Assembly (NCBI RefSeq): GCF_004010195.1 | Contig: NC_057747.1 | Span: 9,445,879-9,509,878, forward strand | DNA length: 64,000 bases | Reading direction: 5' to 3' | Source of the DNA: Chiloscyllium plagiosum | Taxonomy: Eukaryota | In this document: piece after piece, positions 38,101-50,841 of the stretch | How positions within the stretch are numbered: the first letter of the stretch is position 1 | Layout of the letters: each line of letters opens with the position of its first letter | The notes under the pieces: generated by a model | Database searches by the model: none | Seen by the model: only the letters and a program-made list of their open reading frames with translations | Told to the model about the DNA's origin: nothing | Program-made: the position numbers and the translations under genes

Positions 38101-38951
38101 TTTCTGACTGAAGTGGATAACCTCACATTTATCCATGTTATACTTCACCTGCCAAGCATCTTCCCACTCGCTCAACATATCCAAATCACATTGAAGCTTT
38201 TCTGCATTCACCACACAGCCTGCTCACTGATATTACATTTAGTTTCCTCATCTATATCATTAATATATATTATAAGTGGCTGAGATCCATGCCCTGATCC
38301 TTCCTGTACTGCTCATACCACTTGGAAAAAGACTCAATTATTCCTATTTTCTTTGACCTGTCTGCCAACCTAGCTCACTCTTCATGTCAATATCTCACCC
38401 TCAATCCCATGTGCTTTAATGTTATATGCTAACCTCTTGTATAGGACCTTATGGAAAACCTTCTGAAAGTCCAACTAAATCACATCTACTGACTTCCCTT
38501 TATTAACCTAACCAGGTACCTCCATGAAAAATATGAATAGATCTGCCAAGCACGATTCCCCTTTTAGAAACCTATGCGGACTTTGTCTGATAGTGCAGAG
38601 TGGTCTGTTGTTAAAATTTTTATAATGGACTCTGGCATTTTCCCCACTACTGACATCAGGCTAAGTGTGTTCTAAGTTTGAATTCACTGTTTTCTCTCTG
38701 CCTCCTTTTCAATGGAAATGATTCTGACTAATCTGATTTTTGTTCATGTTTGCTTGACATTTATGTTTGCGACTTTTAAATAGTGAGGTATAATATAAAC
38801 AGAACAAATAATTAGAAATAGCGAATATTAACAGAATTAAAATAAGACTTCATTATAATTGCATTCCTTTGCACAATTATCTCAAACTTAATTTTTGTTT
38901 TAACCTGAAGGTTCCACTTGGTCTTAACTCCCCCTACGTAAGACCATGGAA

Positions 38952-39835
38952 GAAGTGGACAGCGAAGAGGGTTGCTTCAGATTACAACAGGATCGAGACC
39001 AGATGGGCCAATGAGCTGAGAAGTGGCAGATGGAGTTTAATTCAGATAAATGCGAGGTGCTGCATTTTGGGAAAGCAAATCTTAACAGGGCTTATAATGG
39101 TAAGGTCCTAGGGAGTGTTTGCTGAACAAAGAGACCTTGGAGTGCAGGTTCACAGCTCCTTGAAAGTGGAGTCACAGGTAGATAGGATAGTGAAGAAGGC
39201 GTTTGGTATGCTTTCCTTTATTGGTCAGAGTATTGAGTACAGGAGTTGGGAGGTCATATTGCAGCTGTAAGGACATTGATTAGGCCACTGTTGGAATATT
39301 GCGTGTAATTCTGGTCTCCTCCCTATTGGAAAGATGCTATGAAACTTGAAAGGGTTCAGAAAAGATTTACAAGGATGTTGCCAGGGTTGGAGAATTTGAG
39401 CTATAGGGAGAGACTGAACAGTATTTTCCCTGGAACGTCAGAGGCTGAGGGGTGACCTTATAGAGGTTTACGAAATTATGAGGGGCATGGATAGGGTAAA
39501 TAGGCAAAGTCGTTTCCCTGGTGTTGGGGAGTCCAGAACAAGAGGGCATAGATTTAGGGTGAGAGGGGAAAGATATAAAAGAGACCTAAGGGACAACTTT
39601 TTCACGCAGAGGGTGGTACATGTATGGAATGAGCTGCCAGAGGATGTGGTGGAGGCTGATACAATTGCAACATTTAAGAGGCATTTTGATGGGTATATGA
39701 ATAGGAAGGGTTTGGAGGCATATGGGCTGGGTGCTGACAGGTGGGACTAGATTGGGTTGTGATATGTAGTCGGCATGGACGGGTTGGACCGAAGGGTCTG
39801 TTTCCATGCTGTACATCTCTACGCCTCTATGACTC
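38952..39835 (+). mobile_element. HER1/CR1 LINE, 5'-truncated
   Basis: Colinear with 1587-2525; stops and frameshifts; ctctatgact tail. Confidence 0.92.
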
Positions 39836-40590
39836 CAATTGCCATTGACTAGAAACTGAATTGGACTAGCCACATAAGTGCTGTGGCTAGAAGAGCAAGA
39901 ATCCTGCAGTGAATTACTCACCCTGACTCTCTAAAGCCTGTCCATCATCTACAAGGCATAATTGAGGAATGTGATAGAGTTTCACGCCCTCGCCTGGGTG
40001 GTGCAGCTCCAACAACACTTAAGGAGCTTGACACCATCCAGGTCAAAACAGCCCGCTTGATTGGCACAGCATCCACCAATGTTCACCCTCTCCACCACTG
40101 ACACTCAGTAACAGCAGTGAGTACCATCAAAGATACACTGCAGAAATTCACCATGCCTCCTTAGACAGCACCTTTCAAAACCACTTCTATCTAGAAGGAC
40201 AGAGGTAGCAAATACATGGGATCACCACCACTTCATGATAAGCAATTATTCCTTTGCCTTTAGTCTCTTTTCCTCCTCTTCCCATTCAGTTTCTGGTCAT
40301 TGGGAATTCATTGGTACACATAATGACAATTGCCTCTTTAATACTGAGAATACAACAAAGGCGAGTTCAGACCAAGTTTTCCTCCAAGCCACACATCATA
40401 GGAAACATATTGTCATTCCTTCAATATCGCGGTATCAAAATCCTGGAACATTCTCCTTAGCGTATTGTGGATCTACCTACACCAAATAGACTGCACTAGC
40501 TGAAGACTGAGCTCACCATTGCTTCCTCAAGGGGACATGCAGTAAAGGTTGGCCCAGCCAGCAATGCCTGCACATTATGGATGAATAAAA
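39836..40590 (+). mobile_element. Old LINE 3' portion (CR1/L2 group)
   Basis: ccattgactagaaactgaattggactagccacata (IDxKLNWTSHI), ccatctacaaggc, cttgacaccatccag; tail atgaataaaa. Confidence 0.65.
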
Positions 40591-42894
40591 CAAAAAACAG
40601 AAATCTTCCAAATGGGTCTATAAATTCTGCTTTAGTCATAAACCCATTTAAAAAAGATACGGTCTTGCAAATTTAACCCCCACCTCCCTGCAAACTGTAG
40701 CATATAATTGTGCTAAACACATTTCTGGATGCTATTGGATATTATTTTACCTTCTTTGAAGAGTGCCAAAACTGGAAAGAAATGAAATGGTTGAGATATT
40801 TCAAAGTTGTTTTGGTTTTGCAAAAGTCTGATGGCATAAGAAGAAAACATGGCTGCTGACCCTGGAAAATATTTCACTGTGAATTAGTTGCCACATAATT
40901 CACTCTTGCTTTCATAATTCATGGCTTCTGTGGTGCATCATAATGGAATAATTTATATTTTCCCCTTGCTTGCCCACCAACCATTCTCTGATAAGGTTAC
41001 CATTTCTTCAAGCCACATGTCAAAAAGCAAACATGAACAAAAATAAGAGTATTCAGAAACCTTTCTATTAACGATGTTTTTCATGAGTTAGGCTGTACCA
41101 CGTTAATGTCTAGTTTATTTAAGGTTGAGGTCCAGTTTTATGGTCGAATTCATGTCCTTGCCACCTAAGGTGCTAAGTGGTTTCACAAAAATAGGAACCA
41201 CAAGATAAAACGTGGACATTTTATTCCTAAGAAAATAGCCATATGGCAAATCTGTCAGTCTTCAATGGAGAAATCTAGAATAGAAGCCAAAGTCAGAGAC
41301 GCAGGGCACAAACAAGATTGTTAAGAATCACAACTTTTACAGTGAGGGTTCAAAGGTGCGAAAAAAAATCCATTTGCAATTTAGGAGAAATAAGCAAGGA
41401 AGTTTCAGAGCAGTGACGTCAAATGTAATATCAATAAAGTGGATAAAGATAGGTATGGTTATGGCAGGAGGAGATTAAACTCAGACAAAGAACTGCTTAT
41501 CAAGCAGTAAGAGTTGTAATCCTCAAACTTAACTTTGGAATGGCTAGAGGGCATTGGAAATTATTTCCAGTGTTTGTCAAGAACTTGCATTTGTACCACG
41601 ATCTATCACAACCTCAGAACATCCAAAACAGCTCAATTCGATTAAGGCTATTTGAAGTGTTGTCTCTCTGGCAATGTAGAAATATCAGTAGCTAATTTGC
41701 ACACAGCATGAGGCTCATAATACATCTAATGTCAGATCGATATTGTTGAAGAATAAATATTGGCCAGCATTAGGTGAGGGGATTGTCTTCAAAACAATGC
41801 TTGATATTTTTTACATACATTTTAGTGGCATAGAGGGCCTCATGTAATCTATGGCCTCAGTTGAAAGATGGCACATCCACCTGGAGAGAACTCCCTCAGT
41901 ACAGGGCTGGTAAGTAGTTATGTTTCTTATTTGCTGGAGGGGGACTTGAACTTGGCTTGTGGGTTCAGTTAACTTCCAATACTGTTTGGTTCGTTCTTCA
42001 GGTAACTCATGGCCTGTTCTGGATTGGGAAGATTTCCATCCATGAGTAACTTAGATTTAAATCCAGCAGATTTCTTCAAAAATCCATTGTTCACACTATT
42101 GTATTTTTTCATTTTTGTACTTTTTTAAAACAACGCAAAAGATTTATGAGGATTACTGCATATTTAGAAAGCAAAGCATTTGATACTGTGTGTGAATCCC
42201 GTTTGTGTAGCTGTGGGTTCCAGCAATGGGCAGACGAACTGGGACCGAGGGATTGTTGATGAATGAAGTTGATTGGTGTGGGCGCGTAGCTGGTTACCAA
42301 TGACAAAGGCTTGCCAACAGTTATGTGATTGGTTGTCAGGTAACTGAACAGCTTGGGCTGACAGCAAGGCAGAAAGAGGTTTGGTCAGACCAAAAGAGGT
42401 CTGCAGGCCTGCAGCAGCTAAAGACTCTCTTTCTCACTCAGTCTCTACAATAAGCCATTTTAAACCGAAAGAAAACCAACTTGTCTTATCTTCATTGGGT
42501 CCTGCAATTTGTAAATTTGAATCAAATAAATCCAAGATCTTTGAACCAGCCACCCTCTAGCTCTTGCAAACAAGTGGACGGACCCAAAAAAAGGAAGGTT
42601 GATGAGAAAACTTCAGATCAACAAGAACCAACCCAACAGATCTTGTGAACATAGACTGCAGAACAGTTTTCCCTCTGGCCATGTTTGCACCATGGCTCAG
42701 CGGTTAGCACCGCTGCCTCACATGGACCTGGGTTTGACTCCAGCCTCAGGTGACTGTCTGTGTGGAGTTTGCACATTCTCCCCGTGAATGCATGGGTTTC
42801 CTCCCAAAGATGTGTGCGTTGGGTGGATTAGCCATGCTAAATTGCCCATATTGTTCAGGGATGTGCAGGCTAGGTGGGTTTGCCATGAGAAATG

Positions 42895-43094
42895 GTGAGG
42901 TAAAAACAATGACTGCAGATGCTGGAAACCAGATTCTGCAGATCAGTGGTGCTGGAAGAGCACAGCAATTCAGGCAGCATCCGAGGACAGGCAAAATCGA
43001 CGTTTCGGGCAAAAGCCCTTCATCAGGAATGAAGGGCTTTTGCCCGAAACGTCGATTTTGCCTGTCCTCGGATGCTGCCTGAATTGCTGTGCTC
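42895..43094 (-). mobile_element. Young fold-back Penelope mini-element
   Basis: 15-bp exact TSD (42880-42894, 43095-43109); perfect 68-bp inverted arms. Confidence 0.9.
42997..43028 (-). ncRNA. Minimal type I hammerhead ribozyme motif
   Basis: Minus strand UC-CUGAUGA-A-GGGC(UUUU)GCCC-GAAA-C-GUC-GA; canonical GUC triplet, palindromic ACGU stem III, weak stem I. Activity untested. Confidence 0.7.
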
Positions 43095-43914
43095 TTGCCA
43101 TGAGAAATGCAGAGTTACAGGGAAAGGGTAGGGGGATTGGGCCTGGGTGGAATGCTCTTCAGAGAGTTGGTGTATACTCAATGGGCCGAATGGCCTTCTT
43201 CCACACTGTAGGGATTCTATGATACCCCCATTTGTGTGTATGAGTTAATGAAGTGATTCATGTTCTAATTGGTAGAGTTTACCTAATTTAGTTAAATTGT
43301 TTACCTGCAGCTAGAATCGAACTACTTGTAAGAAACAATGATTTTTTTTAAAGTACAGAAGTTCATGCTTTCTATCTGTCTGGGTCTGAAAATTAGGTAG
43401 ATTGGGAATTTTACAAATTCCTTTTGAAAACTTTAACTTTTGCGATGAGTCTAAGAACAGTGGGATTTGATTTGCAGCCTGAAGCCATCGTAAGTTGTGA
43501 CCATGTAGTGCTTTCTATACTTCTCACTAAGCACATCCTTTTGTGCAGCCCGTTCCTCTCTTTACTAAGATGCTTGCCTGCAATTGCAGATGTCACCATT
43601 AAATCAAGATACACGTCATGATCTCATTACCATAACCACAAACCCATTTCTTTATGGAACTGACAATGACTCAGGGTGAAGGCAAATGCACTATTGTTTG
43701 ATCTTTCACTTTACTGAATCCATAGCTGTTCTCAGTATTGCTACTAGGCCAATCAGTCATAGAATGAGAAATTCTATGCCCTTGGCTGTGCTAGTTATTT
43801 TTGGACTTATGTTTTAATGAGGTAAGTTGGAATCTGCAGTCTTTGCGACTGTGAATTGCTGAGGGCAGGTGGATTTTCAACATTACAACTGGACAGGACA
43901 ACAGTAGCCTCGCA

Positions 43915-44015
43915 TTCTGAAAAAGGGTCACTGGATTCGAAATGTTAACTCTGTTTTTTTTCTCCACCGACACTGCCAGACCTGAGTTTCTCCAGCAATT
44001 TCTGTCCTTGTGTGT
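43915..44015 (+). mobile_element. Penelope-derived mini-element (variant B), decayed
   Basis: ttctgaaaaagggtcactggattcgaaatgttaactctg...ctgccagacctgagtttctccagc. Confidence 0.6.
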
Positions 44016-44519
44016 TCATTAGGTAAAGTAAAGACCTCATAGTCCCAAAGGACCACTGTCTCATCAGAGGGAGACCGGTGGTGGTTTCAGCAAGTGGAGA
44101 GGTTGAGAAGGAGAGTCCTTCACGATAACGTTGTAGGAATTGAACCCATACTGTTGGTGTCACTCTGTATTGCTAACTGACCCCTTTGTTTGACATCCTC
44201 ACATTATTACCTGAATTAAAACAGGAACGCGCAAGTAGAGGAGCTGCTTGGGTGTTTAACTCTTTTGCTGAGCTATCTGATTGACTCTACCATCCTGGGA
44301 ACTAAATAATATGGTTCATATAAATCCTTTGGTCATTCTGCACGTAGAACTTTCTTGACCTAGGAAGAATAGATCATGTGAGCAAATTTTAATGTTCAGA
44401 ATGTTTTCATTACTGATGGATGGATTTAAATCACAACTTGCATTCCTTTGCCAATTTTTTAAATAACAGTAATTACTTTCGTGCAATTCTCTTTCTAGAA
44501 TATTTGATTTTGCATCAAT

Positions 44520-45428
44520 CATCATAGAATTTCTACAGTGTGGAAGGAGGCCATTTGGCCCATCAATTCTGCACCAATCCTCTGAAGGGCATCCCAACAA
44601 AGACCCAGCTCATCACCGCATCCCATAATCCTGTCTCCCTCGTATCGAAAGGATATTGTTAAACTTGAAAGGGTTCAGAAAAAATTTACACGGATGTTGC
44701 CAAGATTGGAGGGTTGAAGCTAGAGGGAGAGGCTGAATAGGCTGGGTCTGTTTTCCCTGGAGTGCCGGAGGCTGAGGGATGACCTTATAGAAGTTTATAA
44801 AATCATGAGGGGCATGGTTAGGGTAAATAGACATGGTCTTTTCCCTGCGGTGGGGGAGTCCAAAACGAGAGGTCATAGGTTTAGGGTGAGAGGGAAAAAA
44901 TATAAAAGGGATCTAAGGATTAACTTTTTCACATAGAATGTGGCACATGTATGGAATGAGCTGCCAGAGGAAGTGGCGGAGGTTGGTACAATTACAGCAT
45001 TTAAAAGGCATCTGGATGGGTATATAAATAGGAAGGGTTTAAAGGGATATGGGCCAAGTGCTGGCAAATGGGACCAGATTAATTTAGGATATCTGGTCAG
45101 CATGGACGAGTTGGACCGAAGAGTCTGTTTCCATGCTGTATATCTCTGTGATTCTATCTACCATGGCTATTGCACCTCCCCTACTCATCCCTGAATACTA
45201 TGGACAACTTAGCATGGCTAACCCACCTAGCTGGCAAATCCCTGGACACTATGGGCAACTTAGCGTGTCCAATTCAGCTAACGTGCACATCTTTGGACTG
45301 TGGGAGGAAACTGGAGAACCCAGAGGAAATCCATACAGGCACAGGGAGAATGTGTAAACTCCATACAGTCACCCAAGGCTGGGTCCCTAATGCCTTGAGG
45401 CAGCAGTACTAACCACTGAGCCACCATG
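44520..45428 (-). mobile_element. HE1-type SINE split by a HER1 LINE insertion
   Basis: SINE tail at 44520-44630, remainder at 45160-45428. Confidence 0.8.
44640..45158 (+). mobile_element. HER1/CR1 LINE 3' fragment
   Basis: Colinear with other HER1 copies (WNELPEEVAEVGTITAFKRHLD). Confidence 0.9.
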
Positions 45429-45765
45429 ATATGTCTAAGTAAATTTTGGAAGGTTGAGAGTGCAGTACCTTTCTTACGTGGGTAGAAAAATGAATTATTT
45501 TCATGGGATGATATGGAGATGACAGTGAACTTTCACACACCTTTTGTGCAGGGTCTCATGGTGGATTATTAGGATTCACAACCTAATGGGAAAACTCGAA
45601 TTTCACTTGGTTGCCATATCATGTTGGTGACCCACTCTGACAAACCAGCCTGATTTGGAACTATATAGTTCTCCCTTCACTGTTACTGTGTCAAAGTATC
45701 CTAGAACCCATTTGCTGTGTTCACAATATCGATGGCAGCAGTTCGAGAGACAGCTCACCGCCATC

Positions 45766-46071
45766 TTAGATTAGATTCCCTACAGTGTAGAAACAGGCCC
45801 TTCAGCTCAACCAGTCCACACCGTCCCTCCGAAGAGTAACCCACCCAGACCCATTTCCCTCTGACTAATGCACCTAACACTACGGGCAATTTAGCATGGC
45901 CAATTCACCTAACCTGCATATCTTTGGATTGTGGGAGGAAACCAGAGCAAACCCACGCAGACACAGGGAGAATATGCAAACTCCACACAGACAGTCACCC
46001 GAGGCTGGAATCGAACCTGGGACGCTGGTGCTGTGAGGCAGCAGTGCTAACCACTGAGCCACCGTGCTGCC
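45766..46071 (-). mobile_element. HE1-type SINE, little diverged
   Basis: Near-consensus with retained CpGs; ttagattagattc tail. Confidence 0.9.
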
Positions 46072-46134
46072 TCAAGGGTAATTAGGAATAGCCAATAAAT
46101 ACCAGTTCTGGTGTTCTGTAAATAAATAAAATAT

Positions 46135-46535
46135 ACCCCTGGAGCATCGGAGGCTGAGGGGAATCCTTATAGAGGTTTATACAACCATGAGAGACATGGT
46201 TGGGTGAATAGTCAAAGTCTTTTCCTCAGAGTGGGAAAGTCCAGAACTAGAGAGCATAGGTTTAAGGTGAGAGGGAAAAGATTTAAAAGGGACCTAAGGG
46301 GTAACTTTTTCAAGCAGATGGTGGTGTGTATATGTACGTAAAGAGGAAGTAATGGAGGCTGGTACAATTACAACATTTAAAAGGCACCTGGATAAGTATA
46401 TGAATAGGAAGGGTTCAGAGGGATATGGGACAAATACTGGTAAATGGGACTAGGTTAATTTAAGATACCTGGTCAGCATTGATGAGTTGGACCAAAGGGT
46501 CTGTTTCTGTGCTGTACATCTCTATGACTCTATGA
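46135..46535 (+). mobile_element. HER1/CR1 LINE 3' fragment
   Basis: Colinear with other copies; ctatgactctatga tail. Confidence 0.88.
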
Positions 46536-46975
46536 TGGATTTTCTCCAGTTTCAACTGCAACATTGGTTGTCTGAATAATTAATGCACACGGGAAAAGTT
46601 TAATATGGTAGAAAATGGAACAACTGTGATTCATATGTTTCCATTTTCTCAGGAATCGGAACCTTCTATTTTGATAAATGATACTACTACCACCTAGTTC
46701 TAATGAATGATTAAGATGTAGGACCTTATTAAGCTACTGACTAGGTGATAAACTTTATTCCCTTGCCCTCTCTTATTTCTGTTGTTTCTGGTCACTGTCA
46801 GTTGGTTTGGCATCTGTTTCTTTACATCTACATGAAGAGTCTTGGGATGTTTTTCTACATTCACAGTATAAATGAGCATTGCTGTATGAATGCAAATTCT
46901 GAGGTTATTTGAAGAGGACATGGCTGGGAACTTCACAAACTTTGTTGATGGTGTTATTGACCTCTTGGTTGTATG

Positions 46976-47287
46976 GATGGCACTGTGGCTCAGTGGCTAG
47001 CCCTGTGGCCTCACCGTGCCAGGGACCCAAGTTCGATTCCAGCCTCGGGCAAGTGTCTGTGTGGAGTCTGCACATTCTCCCTGTGTCTGTGTGGGTTTCC
47101 TCCGGGTGGCCTGGTTTCCTGCCACAGTCCAAAGATATGCAGGTTAGGTGAATTGGCCATGCTAAATTGCCCATAGTGTTTAGAGATTAGTGGCTGTAGA
47201 GGGGTAGGGGAATGGGCCACTCTTCGGAGAGTTGGTGTGGACTTGTTTGGCTAAGTGGCCTGTTTCCACACGGTAGGAATTCTATGA
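46976..47287 (+). mobile_element. HE1-type SINE
   Basis: Typical head, body and tail. Confidence 0.87.
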
Positions 47288-47549
47288 AAGTTTTCCACAA
47301 TGCTTTACACACCAGCTATTGCTCCTGGTACAGTTTGAGTGGTTGGATTATTTTCAATGTTATCTCTACTGCTCCAACAGCAATACCTTGCATTGATATA
47401 GTGGCTAGCGCTACCCAGAGAGCCTCCTGGTCATGTGTCCAATATCAATTTTAAATGTTTTAACAAAGATCTCAAGATTCATTCATTCAAACTCATTTCT
47501 GCTCAGCGACTATTTTTGAGTGACAGGTTTGCAGGTGTTTATTTTATAG

Positions 47550-47631
47550 AGTCAGAAGTCACACGACAGGTTCATAGTCCAACAAGTTTATTTGAAAATA
47601 CAAGCTTTCGGAGCATTGCTCCTTCACCAGG
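47550..47631 (-). mobile_element. Penelope terminal-repeat fragment (variant C) with degenerate hammerhead core
   Basis: Minus strand ctggtgaaggagcaatgctccgaaagctt; related to 9700-9820. Confidence 0.65.
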
Positions 47632-47639
47632 CAGCATAA

Positions 47640-48080
47640 AGTGCATAAGAAGTACAAATCATGCAAAATACTGTGTAATAAAAGAATGAAATTAATGAAA
47701 CATTGTTCTAGCAGCAATTCAAAATCATGCAAAGAATTTCAGATGGGAAAGAGTCCGATCACGCAGTGTTAAGGAGCCTGATGGCCTGAGGGAAGAAACT
47801 GTTGCACAGTCTGGCTGTGAGAGACCATATGTTCTGGCATCTTCTGCCAGATGGCAGGAGGGAGAAGAGTTTGAGAGAGGGGTGTGTGGGGTCTTCCACA
47901 ATGCTCCTAGCCTTCCAGATACAGCGTGTGGTGTAAATGTCTGTAATGGAGGGAAGAGAGACCCTAATATTCCTCTCAGCTGTCCTCACTATCAACTGCA
48001 GGGTCTTAGGATCCGAGACGGTGCAATTCCCGAATCAGGCATTGATCCAGCAGCTCAGGGCACTCCCAATGAACCCTCTG
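47640..48080 (-). mobile_element. Rex1/Babar-type LINE 3' fragment
   Basis: Minus ORF 47759-47995 KARSIVEDPTHPSLKLFSLLPSGRR..RLCNSFFPQAIRLLN, the characteristic Rex1/Babar C-terminal motif. Confidence 0.8.
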
Positions 48081-48492
48081 CAGAATATTAACAATATTGA
48101 CACAGATATTGACATCAGTGGTACACCTACTCAGCCTATGAGCCTTTGTGTTGGAACTTGTAGATTTAAAAATCCAATAACGTGCAGCCTCATCTACAGG
48201 GATCAGGGGACAGTTAATGGGGCAATTAACTGTCTGCCTCCTGAGCCAATTCAATTTATGAATCCTTTCTGCAATGTGCTAGGATGTTTAGTTCAATGTT
48301 AATTTGTGCAATGGTATGCTACAGTTGTGGAATATGCATGTTATAGATTATTTAAACAAAACATTTGGATTTTTATGACACACATCTGGGCAAAGTGGGA
48401 CTTGAACTCAGGCCTTCTGGCTCAGAGACAGAGCCACAGAGATCCCTGTGTTCCAAGAGCACCAAGACGTACACTATACTCTGGAACTATAG

Positions 48493-48852
48493 ATCATAGA
48501 ATCCCTACAGTGTGGAAGCAGGCCATTCAGCCCATTGAGTCCATACTGATCCTCTGAAGAGCATCCCATCCAGGCCTACGCCCCACCTTATCCTTTAACC
48601 CTACATTTCCCATGGCTAATTTACCTAGTCTGCACATCCATGAACACTGTGGGTAATTCAGCATGGCCAATCCACCTAACTTGTACATCTTTGGATCATG
48701 GGGAGAAATTACACTGGGATTTGAGTTGATAAAATAAACAGAGGGAACCCACACAGACACAGGGAGAACATGCAAACTCCACACAGGCATTGCCTGAGGG
48801 TAGAATCAAACCTGGCGCTGTGAGCCAGCAGTGCTAACCACTAAGCTACCCA
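48493..48852 (-). mobile_element. HE1-type SINE
   Basis: Typical SINE with a ~30-bp internal insertion near 48710-48740. Confidence 0.85.
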
Positions 48853-50658
48853 TAGATAGGGATGGTAGGGTCTGCAACATTTTGCTTTCGTCACAAATCT
48901 GGCCAGGATTCTGAATTGCCTACCATCAGAAGAATTTGTAGTTTGTTAATCAAACTGCTTGGCCATGTTATAAACTCACCTTTCTTGGACGTCAGGTTCT
49001 GACGTGGAACTGGAACCAGAACCAGGAATGATATACAGACTGCACAGGACCTCCATGTCAAATCGCATACAGGAAGCTACTTAGTCAAGGGAGAAAAAGA
49101 AGAGATGAGGAGAATGTATAAAAAAAGACTTTATTTAAAATGTAGTTTTTAAAGAATAATTATAATTGGAGGACATGAGTCTCTAGGTTTCTAAATATTG
49201 ATTTTCAGCTTCAGGGAAGTCTTTTGGCAGTAAATTAAGAAATGGCACAATGTTAAACGTTGAAGTACGTTTGATTGGATAAGTCCTAATGTCTTCATAA
49301 CCGCTTCGTGAGTACGATGTATCTTAATGAGGTCAATACTTATCTTCAGCCTTGGGTAGAATGCTCGCAAAGCGAAGAGGATCTATCAAAGGTAAGGAAG
49401 ACCTTGAGGAGTATGGTTTACAAGGTCCCCAATAATATGACAACTCAATATCAGCTTCCAGAACTAAAGTGGTCACTATCATATTATCTATACAGTGTGT
49501 AACTCAATCAAGTAGTCTGGACAATCACATGACAGAAACAATGTTCCTTCAACAAATATGTTCGCCACCAATGGGCAAACTGGAGCTTTTTCATCTATTG
49601 GTTGAGAAGTGCTACAGAATGATGAACTAGCTCTGTTATTGGGGTGACAGTACCTCTTGCTATAATGAATTCAGTTAGTTCTAAGTGTGAATCTCAACTC
49701 CTCATTGACTGTATTGATACTTACACTGTTCTGTAAGTATCGAGGAGAGAGCTTGTCAGGCAGTAACAGTGAGCTCTGCCTGGATGTGCACTTGTCCCTT
49801 CCCTTGCAGTAAAATGGTAGCAACTGTTTACTTTATCAACTCGAATCCCTGTTGACAACCTATTACTGCTGTAGTTTACTTGATTCAATAAGTAGTAAGC
49901 CGCAGTATTGTAACTCTGGTCGACTGTTGTAGAATCAAACAGCGCAGAAGACATTCTTCAATCCATCTAATATCTGATAATTCATCTCCGTCAATCTTTC
50001 CAGCATTTGGAATAAAGCCTTGAATGTTTGGACATTGTTACCCTATCTTATGCACTGATCCTAAATATCTAGTTTGTTAATGAAGCTATTTTTCATAATG
50101 CCACTTTTTATTCCATTCCATTCCATTCCAAGATGGCGCAGTGGCAGGGTTGGCAGCATTTGGCTCCTGAGCGGGGGGCTCAGCTGTTCATGGCTCATAC
50201 AGTGGGTTCTGCCACATCCGCATGGCTCTGTTGTAATGTTCCCAGCTCAGTCACATTTTTTATTTTGCCCTGATGCCTCTTCTTCTGGAAGGCTGAGGCC
50301 CCTTGTATCTCCATCCTCACTCCATCTCGGCTGTTGGGTATCGGAAGATGAGCCAGGATCCTATTGGTCGATTCAGAGCTGGGGCCCCGTCGTTCAACTC
50401 AGAGCCAGGACCCTGTCGGTTGATGTCCAGCATTGGGGAAGGCTGCGAGATCCACACAGTGTGACCCCTATCTCCAACTCGGAGATGGTGGATAAGAAAG
50501 CAATGACGCTGGTGGCAGCAGGAAAGGAGCACATTGCCAGGACCACAGCGATGATGATGGATGGCAGTGACTGGAGGAGGAGAGAGGGTGAAGTCTTTGG
50601 ATGCAGAATAATGAACCTTTGAAGTTGTTTCTGCTTTAGTAATATTCATTTATTCAGT

Positions 50659-50841
50659 TAAAAATCACACAACACCAGGTTACACAACACACAACACAAC
50701 AAAAATCACACAACACACAATCACCTGATGAAGGAGCGTCGCTCCGAAAGCTAGTGTGCTTCCAATTAAACCTGTTGGACTATAACCTGGTGTTGTGTGA
50801 TTTTTAACTTTGTACACCCCAGTCCAACACCGGCATCTCCA
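50659..50841 (+). mobile_element. Young Penelope mini-element (variant C) with inverted 5' arm
   Basis: 15-bp exact TSD attcatttattcagt (50644-50658, 50842-50856); nearly identical to the terminus of 9693-10469. Confidence 0.9.
50722..50756 (+). ncRNA. Minimal type I hammerhead ribozyme motif
   Basis: CAC-CUGAUGA-A-GGAGC(GUC)GCUCC-GAAA-G-CUA-GUG, identical to 9783-9817 (-). Activity untested. Confidence 0.78.

Larger units (their letters stand above)
37005..38700 (-). mobile_element. Old CR1 LINE, 3' ~1.3 kb, interrupted by a SINE
   Basis: CR1 tail at left; reverse-strand RT landmarks aaccttctgaaagtccaa (LDFQKVF) and tgcacacaataatccaagagtggtctcacc (VRPLLDYCVQ). Confidence 0.7.
42686..43222 (+). 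mobile_element. HE1-type SINE carrying a palindromic mini-element
   Basis: Typical SINE split at ttgccatgagaaatg. Confidence 0.87.

Noticed and set aside
45766-46071. tRNA genes from A/B-box motifs
   Set aside because: These are SINE heads continuing into SINE body and tail, with no complete cloverleaf.
50074-50622. 182-aa ORF
   Set aside because: Lies within a putative non-autonomous retroposon; no recognisable domain or splice context.
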